Shown here one piece after another: positions 9,668 through 18,625 of a DNA stretch of 64,000 nt; positions within the stretch are counted from its first letter, which is position 1, and every line of letters begins with the position of its first letter. The translations under genes were made by a program, and so were the position numbers. Under the pieces are notes generated by a model that saw only the letters and a list, made by a program, of their open reading frames with translations, did no database searches and had not been told where the DNA came from. The stretch comes from Gemmatimonadota bacterium (GTDB lineage Bacteria > Gemmatimonadota > Gemmatimonadetes > JACCXV01): contig DATBJW010000064.1 in NCBI GenBank assembly GCA_036556205.1, positions 45,298 to 109,297 on the forward strand, in the 5' to 3' direction.

Positions 9668-10675
9668 CTACACGGCTCCCGCCCGGAAGGATTCGATGGT
9701 TCGATCGAAGACGCCCGTGAGCTTCTGCTTCTCGAGCTCGAGCCGCTGGGCGAGGCTTGCGAGGGTCTCGTGGCCGAGGGTCTGCGGATCGTGCGCCAGC
9801 AGGTGCGTCGAGGCCCGATCCAGGTCGGTGAGCGACATCGAGAACGCGTCCAGAACGTCGCGCAGCCTGCTCAGGGCGGCCTGCGCCTCGCCCGGCTGCG
9901 CCGCCGGACGCGTGGCGCCGCCCCGCAGCGATTCGAAGGTCGCGTAGCTGGCCGCCAGGCCCCCGGCGGGCGCTGCCGTGGCGGCGCGCGCCGGCGCGGA
10001 GGGCCCGCTCCACGGCTCGGACAGGATCTCGGCCAGGTTCGCGGACACGAAGAGGTCGCGCTCGGCCTCGACGAGATCGCGCGCGGCGAGCACTTCCAGA
10101 CCGCCCTCGGCCGGAGCGTCGGTCCAGGTCGGCACCTCGCGCTCCTCCTCGGCCTGCGCGGGATGTCCGGCCGGGCCGGGTGCCGCCTCGATCCGCTCCT
10201 CGGGCAGCGTCACCTCGACCGGCTCACCCTCGCGGAATCCTTCGGTCGGGGCCTCGAGGCCGGCTTCCGCGACTGCCGCGTCCGTTCGGGCGCCGGCCGG
10301 CGGCGCTTCCAGGTCCATCAGGCCGCGCACGCGGTCGGCGTAGCGCGCGCGGTCGAAGGCGAGGTGCGCCGGCCAGCGCCGCACGACGTCCTCGAGCAGG
10401 TCGAAGGTGTCGACGTAGAAATCCAGGATGTCCTGCGAGACCCGCGCGGAGGCGCGTCCGAGATGAAGCGTCACCTTCTCGACGGCGTTGCGCAGCAGCC
10501 GCACGGCCTCCGGCTCGTCGGTCTCGCGCGCGTGCCGGAGCCGCTGGCAGACCCGCAGGATTGACTTCAGGTACTCGACCTGCTCGGGATCGCGCTCCAG
10601 ACCGTAGAGCTGCTCCTGCAGCGCCTCCACCTGCACTTCGAGGAATCTGCGGTAGCCGTCGCGCGCCTGCTCCAT
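9668..10675 (-). CDS. Hypothetical protein: helical N-terminal region, acidic/Ala-Pro-rich middle, conserved C-terminal segment
   Basis: 335 aa ORF in operon-like context between pdxJ and the HD protein, same strand. Composition is more protein-like than the overlapping plus-strand ORF (9410..10564). No family recognised. Confidence 0.45.
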   Translation of the reverse strand: MEQARDGYRRFLEVQVEALQEQLYGLERDPEQVEYLKSILRVCQRLRHARETDEPEAVRLLRNAVEKVTLHLGRASARVSQDILDFYVDTFDLLEDVVRRWPAHLAFDRARYADRVRGLMDLEAPPAGARTDAAVAEAGLEAPTEGFREGEPVEVTLPEERIEAAPGPAGHPAQAEEEREVPTWTDAPAEGGLEVLAARDLVEAERDLFVSANLAEILSEPWSGPSAPARAATAAPAGGLAASYATFESLRGGATRPAAQPGEAQAALSRLRDVLDAFSMSLTDLDRASTHLLAHDPQTLGHETLASLAQRLELEKQKLTGVFDRTIESFRAGAV

Positions 10676-10775
10676 GTGCCGGCACCTCGTGGGCCAGGGG
10701 TTCTAGCCGTCGAAACGCTCGACAACTATAGCGGCGGATCGGGTCAAGTCAACGCGGCGAAAGGCCCAGGCGGGG

Positions 10776-11519
10776 TCAGACCCCGGCCCCACCGCCGGCC
10801 ATCCGCTCCAGCATCTCGCGCACCGCGTCCTGGAAGCCCACCAGCACGGCGCGCGAAACGATCGCGTGCCCGATGTTGAGCTCTGCGACCTCGGGAAGGG
10901 CGGCCACGGGGCCCACGTTCGCGTAGTTCAGACCGTGGCCCGCGAAGACCCGCAGCGAGGCGCCGGCGGCGGCCAGGGCACCCCGCTCGAGCCGTGCCAG
11001 CTCGGACCGGGCCGACTCGCCGGCCGGAGCGTTCGCGTAGGCGCCCGTGTGGAGCTCCACGGCATGGGCCCGGCAGCGAGCCGAGGCTTCGATCTCGGCC
11101 GGCTCGGGGTCGATGAAGAGGCTCACCACGATGCCCAGCGCCCGCAGCTCGGCCACCGCCTCCTCGACCTCGCGGGCTCCCGCGACGCGCAACCCGCCCT
11201 CGGTCGTGACCTCCTCCCGGCGCTCCGGGACGAGCGTCACCTGCTCGGGCCGGTAGCGGCGGGCGATGGCCAGCATCTCGGGAACGGCCGCCATCTCCAG
11301 GTTGATCTCGGTCCGCAGCCGCTCGCGCAGGGCGGCCAGGTCGTGTTCCTGCGCGTGGCGCCGGTCCTGCCGGAGGTGCAGGGTGATCCCGGCGGCGCCC
11401 GCCGCCAGCGCCGCCCGCGCGGCCTCGAGGGGCTCGGGCTCGGAGCCCTTCCGGGCCTCGCGCAGGGTGGCCACGTGGTCGACGTTGACCTTGAGCGTCG
11501 TCTTCGAGGGGGGGATCAT
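10776..11519 (-). CDS. pdxJ: Pyridoxine 5'-phosphate synthase
   Basis: MIPPSKTTLKVNVDHVATLREARKG...ITLHLRQDRRH...VSLFIDP...AVELHTGAYA matches the PdxJ TIM-barrel signature. Start ATG at 11519. The ORF-track 523-aa version is a spurious 5' extension. Confidence 0.9.
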   Translation of the reverse strand: MIPPSKTTLKVNVDHVATLREARKGSEPEPLEAARAALAAGAAGITLHLRQDRRHAQEHDLAALRERLRTEINLEMAAVPEMLAIARRYRPEQVTLVPERREEVTTEGGLRVAGAREVEEAVAELRALGIVVSLFIDPEPAEIEASARCRAHAVELHTGAYANAPAGESARSELARLERGALAAAGASLRVFAGHGLNYANVGPVAALPEVAELNIGHAIVSRAVLVGFQDAVREMLERMAGGGAGV

Positions 11520-12432
11520 CGCGCGCCCGTCCCGTCGGCGGATGCGGGGGCGAGCGCCTCGTCCGCCGCCCGCCGGAGCAGCTCGGCCATCTCCACCGAG
11601 GAGCCGCTCTCCGCGGCCGTCTCGAGGAGGAGCAGCCCCAGCCCCGCGTAGGCCAGGCGCTCGGCCCCGGAGAGGCGCGAGAGGTGCGCGCGCACGGTCG
11701 GCAGGTCGCCGCGTCGGATGGGACCCGTGAGCGGCAGCCGGTCGGCCGAGGCGCGCGCGTTCGCGACCGCGTTCGTGAGCAGGGCGTCCGCCGCCCGCGC
11801 GGCGTCGGCCGCGGAAAGTCCCGCCGACTCGAAGCGCCGCGCGGACCAGTCGCGCAGGAGCGCGCCGTAGTTGGAGGCAACGGCGGCGGCCAGATGGTAG
11901 AGCGCGCGATCGACGACGCACGAGGCGAGGGGCAGGCCGCCCAGCCCGTCGATGAGGCGCTCCGCCGTCTCGAGGGCGGCGGGGGATCCTTCCAGCGTGA
12001 AGGGAGCCCCCTCGAACAGGCGGCCGCCGGCCGCGCCGGCCCTGAGGGGGCGACCGTCCTCCGCGGAAGCCAGCGCGCGGAGCGGGTGGCAGGCGGCCGT
12101 CTCGGCTCCCCGCTCGGCGAGGGGCCTCAGCACCTCGGCGGAAGCCGCGCCCGAGGAATGGAGCACGGCCTTCCCCTGCCAGGCGACCTCCAGCGCCGCG
12201 AGGCGCTCGACGAGGTCCTCCAGGGCGCGGTCGGACACGGCGAGCCAGACGAGGTCGGCGTCGCGCACCGCTGGCGCGAGCTCGCCGGCCGCGAAGAAGC
12301 GCGCGCCGCGGGCACGGGCGGAGCCTGCGGTCGGCCCGCGCGTCCACACGCGAACCGCGTGGTCGCCCTCGGCCGTCAGGGCCAGCGCGAGCGCGCGGCC
12401 GAGCTGGCCGTAGCCCAGGATCGCGACCGTCA
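11516..12432 (-). CDS. Rossmann-fold NAD(P)-binding protein with a DUF2520 C-terminal domain (ProC/F420-oxidoreductase-like)
   Basis: GTG start gives VTVAILGYGQLGRALALAL (a GxGxxG dinucleotide fold), then a DUF2520-like helical domain (ALYHLAAAVASNYGALL). Stop overlaps the pdxJ start by 4 nt. Confidence 0.7.
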
Positions 12433-13770
12433 CCGGTCGGCCGGCCGGCGCACCAGGCCCTCCCGGCGAAGCCGCGCGACCTCCGCTCTGCGTCCCGCGA
12501 AGCGCACCTCCACGCGCCCGTTCCGAAACAGCCGCTCCAGGACGGCGCCCCGATCGTGGAGGCGCGCCAGGCCGCGCGCGTCGGAGGCGGGAAGCGAGAG
12601 CCAGACCTCTTCCTCGAGCTCGCTCAGCCGCCGCGCCAGCTCGCCGCGCAGCTCCGCGAGACCCCCGCCCGAGAGGGCCGAGGTAACGACGGACTCCTCG
12701 TGCGTGGCCCGCGCCCGGCGCAGGACGGCCTCCCGCGCGTCCGGATCCAGCCGGTCGGCCTTGTTGAAGACCGCGAGGCGCGGCGCGTCCGCCGCGCCGA
12801 GGCTCTCCAGGACCTCGGCTACGACGGCCATCCGCTCTTCGTACTCCGGATCGGAGACGTCCACGACGTGGAGCAGCAGGTCGGCCTCGACCACCTCCTC
12901 GAGCGTGGCCCGGAAGGAGGCGACCAGGTGGTGCGGGAGGTCGCGCACGAAGCCGACCGTGTCGGTCAGCAGGAACGCGTGGCGCTCGTCGAGCGGCACG
13001 CGCCGCGTCGTGGCGTCGAGCGTGTCGAAGAGCCGGTCGGCGGCCGCCAGTTCCGCTCCGGCGAGCCGGTTCAGGAGCGTGGACTTGCCCGCGTTCGTGT
13101 AGCCCACGAGCGCCACGTTGAACTGCTCGACGCGGCCGCGGCGCTGGGTGACGCGCCGCCGCTCGATGCCCGCCAGCTTCTCTTTCAGGTGACCGATCTT
13201 GGTGCGGATGGTCCGGCGGTCGACCTCGAGCTGGGTCTCGCCGGGCCCGCGCAAACCGATGCCGCCGCGGATGCGCGAGAGGTGCGTCCACATGCGCTTG
13301 AGCCGCGGCAGCAGGTACTGGAGCTGGGCCAGCTCGACTTGCAGCCGCGCCTCGCGGGTGCGCGCGCGGCGCGCGAAGATGTCGAGGATGATCTCGCTCC
13401 GGTCCACGACCCGCACGCCGAACAGCTCCTCGAGGTTCTTCCCCTGCGCCGGCGAGAGGTCGGTGTCGAAGACCACCATCTCCGCCCCCGAGGCCGCGAC
13501 CAGGTCGCGCACCTGCTCCGCCTTCCCGCGCCCGACGTAGGTGGCCGGGTCGGCCGCCGGACGGGTCTGGCGCACGGCCTCCACGACGCTCCCCCCCGCG
13601 CTCTCGACGAGCCGGCGCAGCTCCTCGAGCGGCTCTTCGCCGGCGTGGACCGGCGAGCGCACGCCGCCGCGGCCGGCCAGCGTCACGCCGACCAGCAGCG
13701 CGCGCTCGGGATCGGCGCGGAAGTCGCGCGGCGCGAACATGCGCTCCGGGCTGCGGCTCGCTCTCACCAT
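12430..13770 (-). CDS. hflX: GTPase HflX
   Basis: HflX N-terminal domain (ERALLVGV...VVFDTDLSPAQGKNLEELFGVRVVDRSEIILDIFARRA), then G1 GYTNAGKSTLLN, DTVGF, NKAD. Start ATG at 13770 (MVRASRSPERMF...). The upstream ORF-track extension is rejected. Confidence 0.9.
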   Translation of the reverse strand: MVRASRSPERMFAPRDFRADPERALLVGVTLAGRGGVRSPVHAGEEPLEELRRLVESAGGSVVEAVRQTRPAADPATYVGRGKAEQVRDLVAASGAEMVVFDTDLSPAQGKNLEELFGVRVVDRSEIILDIFARRARTREARLQVELAQLQYLLPRLKRMWTHLSRIRGGIGLRGPGETQLEVDRRTIRTKIGHLKEKLAGIERRRVTQRRGRVEQFNVALVGYTNAGKSTLLNRLAGAELAAADRLFDTLDATTRRVPLDERHAFLLTDTVGFVRDLPHHLVASFRATLEEVVEADLLLHVVDVSDPEYEERMAVVAEVLESLGAADAPRLAVFNKADRLDPDAREAVLRRARATHEESVVTSALSGGGLAELRGELARRLSELEEEVWLSLPASDARGLARLHDRGAVLERLFRNGRVEVRFAGRRAEVARLRREGLVRRPADR

Positions 13771-13774
13771 TGCC

Positions 13775-15142
13775 TCAAGATAACGTCTCGGGCCGGTCCG
13801 CCGGCGGCGGCTCGGCCGCGCGGCTCTCGCGCAGCTCGCGCCAGCGCGCCAGGCGCTTGGCGATCTCCGCCTCGCGCCCGCGGCCCGTGGGCTCGTAGTA
13901 GCGTGCGTTCCCGAGCGCTTCGGGCAGGTGGCGCTGGCCCGAGAAGGCGTCGGGCTCGTCGTGGTCGTAGCGGTAGCCGGCGCCGTAGCCGAGCTCCCCC
14001 ATGAGGGGCGTGGGCGCATTGCGGATGTGCAGGGGCACGGGCTCCCCCAGCGTCGCCTGCGCGTCCTGCTTGGCGCGGCTATAGGCGAGCGTCACGGCGT
14101 TGCTCTTGGGGGCGGTCGCCAGGTAGGCCGCCGCCTCCGCGAGCGCCAGCTCGCCCTCGGGCATGCCGATGAAGTGCACGGCCTCCTTGGCGGCCACCGC
14201 CACGGCCAGAGCTTGCGGGTCGGCCAGCCCCACGTCCTCCGAGGCGAAGCGCACCATCCGGCGCGCCACGTAGAGCGGATCCTCGCCGGCCTCGAGCATG
14301 CGCGCGAGCCAGTAGAGCGCCGCGTCCGGGTCGGAGCCGCGCAGCGACTTGTGCAGGGCGGAGATGATGTTGTAGTGCTCCTCGCCCGACTTGTCGTAGA
14401 GGAACGCGCGCTTCTGGAGCGCCTCCTCGAGGGCGGCGCGCTCGATCGTCCCGTCGGGCGCGGCCATGCGCGAGGCCAGGTCCAGCGTGTTGAGCGCCGC
14501 GCGGGCGTCGCCGTGCGCGACCCGAGTCAGGAACGACCGCCCCTCGTCGGTCACGCGGAAGCGCCCGGCGGGTCCCAGGCCCCGCCCGGCGTCCCCCAGC
14601 GCGCGATCCACCACGCGGCCCACTTGCTCGGCCGAGAGCGGCTTCAGGACGAACACGCGCGTGCGCGAAAGCAAGGCCGAGATCACCTCGAAGCTCGGGT
14701 TCTCAGTGGTGGCTCCGATCAGCGTCAGCAGCCCTTTCTCGACGTGGGGCAGGAAGGCGTCCTGCTGCGCTTTGTTGAAGCGATGGATCTCGTCCACGAA
14801 CAGGATCGTCCGCCGTCCGTGCAGCGCCAGCCGCTCCTCGGCGGCCGCCACGACCGCCCGCACGTCCTTGATCCCCGAGCTGACGGCGCTGAACCAGACG
14901 AACTCCGAGCCCGTCTCGTTGGCGATCACCTGGGCGAGGGACGTCTTGCCGGTCCCCGGCGGTCCCCAGAGGATCATGGACTCGATGCGGTCGGACTCGA
15001 TCATCCGCCGCAGCACCTTTCCCTCCCCAACCAGGTGCTCCTGGCCGACGAACTCGGCCAGGGTCTCGGGGCGCATGCGATCGGCGAGGGGAGCCGCCGC
15101 GCGGAGGCGCGTCGTCTTCTGTTGGCTGAAGAGATCCGTCAC
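13775..15142 (-). CDS. rarA: Replication-associated recombination protein A (AAA+ ATPase)
   Basis: Walker A (LWGPPGTGKTSLA), Walker B (ILFVDEIHRFNK) and the MgsA C-terminal helical domain. GTG start at 15142 (VTDLFSQQK...). Confidence 0.9.
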   Translation of the reverse strand: MTDLFSQQKTTRLRAAAPLADRMRPETLAEFVGQEHLVGEGKVLRRMIESDRIESMILWGPPGTGKTSLAQVIANETGSEFVWFSAVSSGIKDVRAVVAAAEERLALHGRRTILFVDEIHRFNKAQQDAFLPHVEKGLLTLIGATTENPSFEVISALLSRTRVFVLKPLSAEQVGRVVDRALGDAGRGLGPAGRFRVTDEGRSFLTRVAHGDARAALNTLDLASRMAAPDGTIERAALEEALQKRAFLYDKSGEEHYNIISALHKSLRGSDPDAALYWLARMLEAGEDPLYVARRMVRFASEDVGLADPQALAVAVAAKEAVHFIGMPEGELALAEAAAYLATAPKSNAVTLAYSRAKQDAQATLGEPVPLHIRNAPTPLMGELGYGAGYRYDHDEPDAFSGQRHLPEALGNARYYEPTGRGREAEIAKRLARWRELRESRAAEPPPADRPETLS

Positions 15143-16320
15143 CGCGCGCTCCCGGACACGGGGGGTTCCGATTCGCGCGCGACGGAAGCGCCCGAGGCGA
15201 CGTTGGTAGGCGCGCGCTCCATGAGCCGCTCGCCCGGCGGGCCGAATCCCACCTTGCGGTAGAGCCCGTGGGCGTCCGCCGTGTGCAGCAGCCAGCGGCG
15301 ATCGGCGAACGGGGAGTTCTCGACCGCCTCGCGGACCAGCTCCACCCCCAGACCGCGGCCGCGGAACTGCGGGAGCACGTACACGTCGGCCAGATAGGCG
15401 AAGGACTGGTCGTCCGAGACCGCGCGCGCGAACCCTACCTGGCGTCCCGCGAGGTAGAGTCCCACCACGCGCGAGGCCTCCCGGATGAGGCGCTCGACCG
15501 TTACGCGCGGCCGCCCGGCGGCCCAGTAGCTCTCCTGCGACAGGTAGCGGTGGATCTCGGCCACGTCGAGGCGGGCCGGGTCGTCGTCCAGCTCGAAGCC
15601 GCCCGGCAGCGCGCGCGCGCCGCGGCGCACCGGCGGCCCACCGGCCGGCGGCGGCTCGCCGGGCGAGCCAATGGGTTTCTTTGGCGAGCCGGCGAGACCG
15701 CCGCCGGCCAGCTGCGCCCCGGGGACGGCAGCAGGCCCGCGCGCGAGGCGCTCTTCGAGCCACGCGCGCACCCCGGGCCATTCGGGTGCGACGATGCTGA
15801 AGTAGATGGAGTCCCGCAGACGCCCCCCGGCCGTGATCATGTGCGCGCGCAGGATGCCTTCCTCCTTCGCACCGATGCGCAGCAATGCCCGCCGCGAGCG
15901 CTCGTTCAAGACGTCGGTCTTGAACTCCACCCGGATCAGGCCGAGCGTCTCGAAGGCGTGGCGCAGCATGAGGTACTTGGCCTCGGTGTTGAGGGGCGTT
16001 CGCTGCCACGGCCGGCCGATCCAGGTCCAGCCGATCTCCACCCTCCGGTTCGCGCGGTCCGCGTTGGCGAAGCGCGTGCTGCCCACCACTTTTCCCGAGG
16101 ACCGCTCGACCGTGGCGAAAGGCAGTGCCGAGCCCTGGCCTGCCTCGTCGAGAGCCGTTTGCAGGTAGGCCCGCATATCGTCCCGGGTCGCGATCCGCGA
16201 GACCGACAAGCGCCAGAGCTCCGGGTCCAACCCCACCGCGCAGAGTGCGTCCAGGTGCTCGGGCGCGAGCGGCTCCAGGCGCACGTGGTCCCCCTCCAGA
16301 ATGCGGGGCGCGAGGTCCAT
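15139..16320 (-). CDS. Tandem GNAT N-acetyltransferase: two acetyltransferase domains in one polypeptide
   Basis: N-terminal RimL-like GNAT (LEPLAPEHLDAL...VGSTRFANADRANRRVEIGWTWIGRPWQRTPLNTEAKYLMLRHAFETLGLIRVEF). Gly/Pro-rich linker. Second GNAT (VGFARAVSDDQSFAYLADVYVLPQFRGRGLGVELVREAV...HGLYRKVGF). ATG at 16320 shares a base with the mpg stop. Confidence 0.75.
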   Translation of the reverse strand: MDLAPRILEGDHVRLEPLAPEHLDALCAVGLDPELWRLSVSRIATRDDMRAYLQTALDEAGQGSALPFATVERSSGKVVGSTRFANADRANRRVEIGWTWIGRPWQRTPLNTEAKYLMLRHAFETLGLIRVEFKTDVLNERSRRALLRIGAKEEGILRAHMITAGGRLRDSIYFSIVAPEWPGVRAWLEERLARGPAAVPGAQLAGGGLAGSPKKPIGSPGEPPPAGGPPVRRGARALPGGFELDDDPARLDVAEIHRYLSQESYWAAGRPRVTVERLIREASRVVGLYLAGRQVGFARAVSDDQSFAYLADVYVLPQFRGRGLGVELVREAVENSPFADRRWLLHTADAHGLYRKVGFGPPGERLMERAPTNVASGASVARESEPPVSGSAR

Positions 16321-16931
16321 CAGCTCGACCGGCTCACGAACGGGCTGCTGCTCACGAATGCGCGATAGGGCAGGTCGGCCGCGACGCGGATCCCCACGCG
16401 CGGGGCCCACACGACGTCGCGGTTCGCCACCGGGTCCCCGCGGCGGATCGTGAGCGGTCCGCGGGTCAGGTCAGCGCGGTTCTCACGGGGGCCAATGGCC
16501 AGCGCCTGCGCGAGCTTGCCCGGGCCGCTCGTCAGCTCGCGATCGGGCCGCTCGCCGCGACGGCGGCGCATCAGGTCGAGCCCCTCCACGGGCTCGAGCG
16601 CGCGAACCAGGACCGCCGACGGCAGGCCCGCCGCGCGGGTCACCGCATTGAAGCACCAGTGCATGCCGTAGATGAAGTATACGTAGGCGTGGCCGGGCGG
16701 ACCGTACAACGGGTCGGTCCGCGGCGTGAGGCCGGCTGCCGCGTGGCAGGCCGCGTCCTCCTCGCCCACATACGCCTCGACCTCGACGATGCGTCCCGCC
16801 GCGCGGCCGTCGCTCGCCTCGTGCACGAGCAGCATGCCCAGAAGCTCGCGCGCCACCTCCAGCGTGTCGCGCGCGTAGAAGCCGCGGGGCAGGGCGCGCG
16901 ACCGCCGCGTGCGGAGCGTCGCGCCCATCAT
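16320..16931 (-). CDS. mpg: DNA-3-methyladenine glycosylase (Mpg/AAG family)
   Basis: 203 aa. Motifs EVEAYVGEEDAACHAAAG...YVYFIYGMHWCFNAV are characteristic of the AAG/Mpg family. Confidence 0.85.
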   Translation of the reverse strand: MMGATLRTRRSRALPRGFYARDTLEVARELLGMLLVHEASDGRAAGRIVEVEAYVGEEDAACHAAAGLTPRTDPLYGPPGHAYVYFIYGMHWCFNAVTRAAGLPSAVLVRALEPVEGLDLMRRRRGERPDRELTSGPGKLAQALAIGPRENRADLTRGPLTIRRGDPVANRDVVWAPRVGIRVAADLPYRAFVSSSPFVSRSS

Positions 16932-18364
16932 CGCCCGTCGGGAGAGAGCGGCGCGCCGGCGACGGGCCCGGCCAGAAGGCGGGCCTCGCGCAGGAGCGTC
17001 TCGCGCTGGTTGAGCGAAGGATCGTCGATCACCCGCTGGAGCAGCGCGGAGAGGATCTCCCGGTAGCGGGGGCCGGGAGGGAGGCCCAGCGACCGCAGCT
17101 CGTCTCCGCCGATCGCCAGATCGGCGACCTTCAGAGCGCCCCTGGCCGCAGCCACCTCGCGAGCCCGCCGGTAGAGCGCCCGGAGCTCGCGCGCGGGCTG
17201 CGGCTTGGCGCGGTTCCCCGCCCAGTCCGCGACGTGGAGGCGAAAGAGGTCGCGCACGTTCTCCTCTCCCACCCGCTGGAGCCAGCGCCGCACCGCCGCG
17301 TCACCGGATTCCATCGGGAACAGGTCCATGTGCGCGCGCACGAGACCCGCGGCGCGCTCGATGTCGCGGCGCGGAAAGCGCAGCCTTTCGAGGATCGTCC
17401 GGGCCATGCGGGCGCCGATCTCGTCGTGCCCGCGAAACACGTAGTCCTGGCGCGCGGGGTCCCACGTCTTGGCCGCCGGCTTTCCCAGGTCGTGAAGGAG
17501 TGCGACGAGCCGCAGGAAGGAATGCCGCCGCGGGACGGCGTCCACGACCAGCAGGGTGTGCTCGCCCACGTCGTCCGGGTGCCAGCGGTTCTGCTCGACG
17601 CCGAAGGCGGCCTCGAGCTCGGGCAGGATCTCCTCGAGGACGCCCGTCTCGCGCAGCAGCCGGAAGGCCGCCGACGGGCGCTCCGCCTGGGCGAGCGTCT
17701 TCATCAGCTCGTCCCGCACGCGCTCGCCCGAGAGCGACCGCGTGCCCTCCGCGCTCTCACGCATCGCGTCCCGCACGTCGTCCGGAACCTCGAGATCGAA
17801 GCGCGCGGCGAAACGGGCGCCGCGCAGGATGCGCAGGTAGTCCTCCGCGAAGCGCCGGCGGGCGTCGCCGACCGTGCGCAGCACCCGCGCCGCCAGATCG
17901 CTCAGGCCGCCGAAGGGGTCGATCAGCTCCCGCGTCTCGGGGTCGAAAGCCAGGGCGTTGATCGTGAAGTCGCGGCGCGCCAGGTCCTCGCGCAGGTCGT
18001 TGCCGAAGCGGACGCGCGCCTTGCGCCCGAAGGTCTCGACGTCGGCCCGGAAGGTCGTGACCTCGACGGTGCCGTCGTCGGCCCGCACCCCGACCGTCCC
18101 GTGCTCCAGGCCGACCGGGTGCGTGCGCGGGAAGAGGCGCTGCACCTCCTCGGGCAGGGCGCTCGTGGCCACGTCCATGACGGGCTCGGTCGGGGCGCCG
18201 AGCAAGGCGTCGCGGATGACCCCGCCCACAACGTAAGCCTGGTGGCCCGCCCCCCTCAGGGTCCCGATGACCGACACCACGTGCTCGGGAAGATGGATCG
18301 GGGGCCAGTCGGGCGCCCCGCCGGCCGGGTCCGGCGATGAATTCCGTATGAGCATATCACTCAT
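16928..18364 (-). CDS. cca: CCA-adding tRNA nucleotidyltransferase / poly(A) polymerase family protein with an HD domain
   Basis: PolyA_pol head (GGVIRDALLG...DVAT...FRAD...RDFTINALAF). C-terminal HD domain (LLHDLGK...H.D). Start ATG at 18364 (MSDMLIRN); the upstream 48 codons of the ORF track are rejected. Confidence 0.85.
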   Translation of the reverse strand: MSDMLIRNSSPDPAGGAPDWPPIHLPEHVVSVIGTLRGAGHQAYVVGGVIRDALLGAPTEPVMDVATSALPEEVQRLFPRTHPVGLEHGTVGVRADDGTVEVTTFRADVETFGRKARVRFGNDLREDLARRDFTINALAFDPETRELIDPFGGLSDLAARVLRTVGDARRRFAEDYLRILRGARFAARFDLEVPDDVRDAMRESAEGTRSLSGERVRDELMKTLAQAERPSAAFRLLRETGVLEEILPELEAAFGVEQNRWHPDDVGEHTLLVVDAVPRRHSFLRLVALLHDLGKPAAKTWDPARQDYVFRGHDEIGARMARTILERLRFPRRDIERAAGLVRAHMDLFPMESGDAAVRRWLQRVGEENVRDLFRLHVADWAGNRAKPQPARELRALYRRAREVAAARGALKVADLAIGGDELRSLGLPPGPRYREILSALLQRVIDDPSLNQRETLLREARLLAGPVAGAPLSPDGR

Positions 18365-18441
18365 GAATTTAGCCCATCCGGCAGCAAATCCCAATATGGC
18401 CCCTGGACGTGCCCGTGAGACCGGCCGTGGGCCGTAAGCTC

Positions 18442-18470
18442 TTGACACTATTGAAGGTGAATGATATCCT
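18442..18470 (+). promoter_or_regulatory. Candidate sigma-70-type promoter for rho, followed by a ~155-nt C-rich/G-poor leader
   Basis: TTGACA (18442-18447), 17-nt spacer, TATCCT (18465-18470). The downstream leader (18480-18620) is strongly C-rich and G-poor, unlike the surrounding GC-balanced DNA. Confidence 0.4.
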
Positions 18471-18625
18471 CGACATCCGGCACGCCCCGCTTTTCCGATC
18501 CAGTTCATAATCCCGGCTCATTCAGGGCGACACCCGCTTCCGGCAAAGCCTTTCCCAGGCATACTCCTGCTCCCACGATCGCTCGTTCCACCCGACCGAC
18601 CCACAACCTCCTCGAGGAAACCCGT

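Noticed and set aside
9410-10564. 384-aa plus-strand ORF overlapping the hypothetical gene 9668..10675
   Set aside because: Arg/Gly-rich composition and antisense to a more protein-like frame that sits in operon orientation with its neighbours.
16125-17066. 313-aa plus-strand ORF overlapping the mpg and cca genes
   Set aside because: Antisense to two genes with clear family motifs. Arg/Ala/Pro-rich composition.
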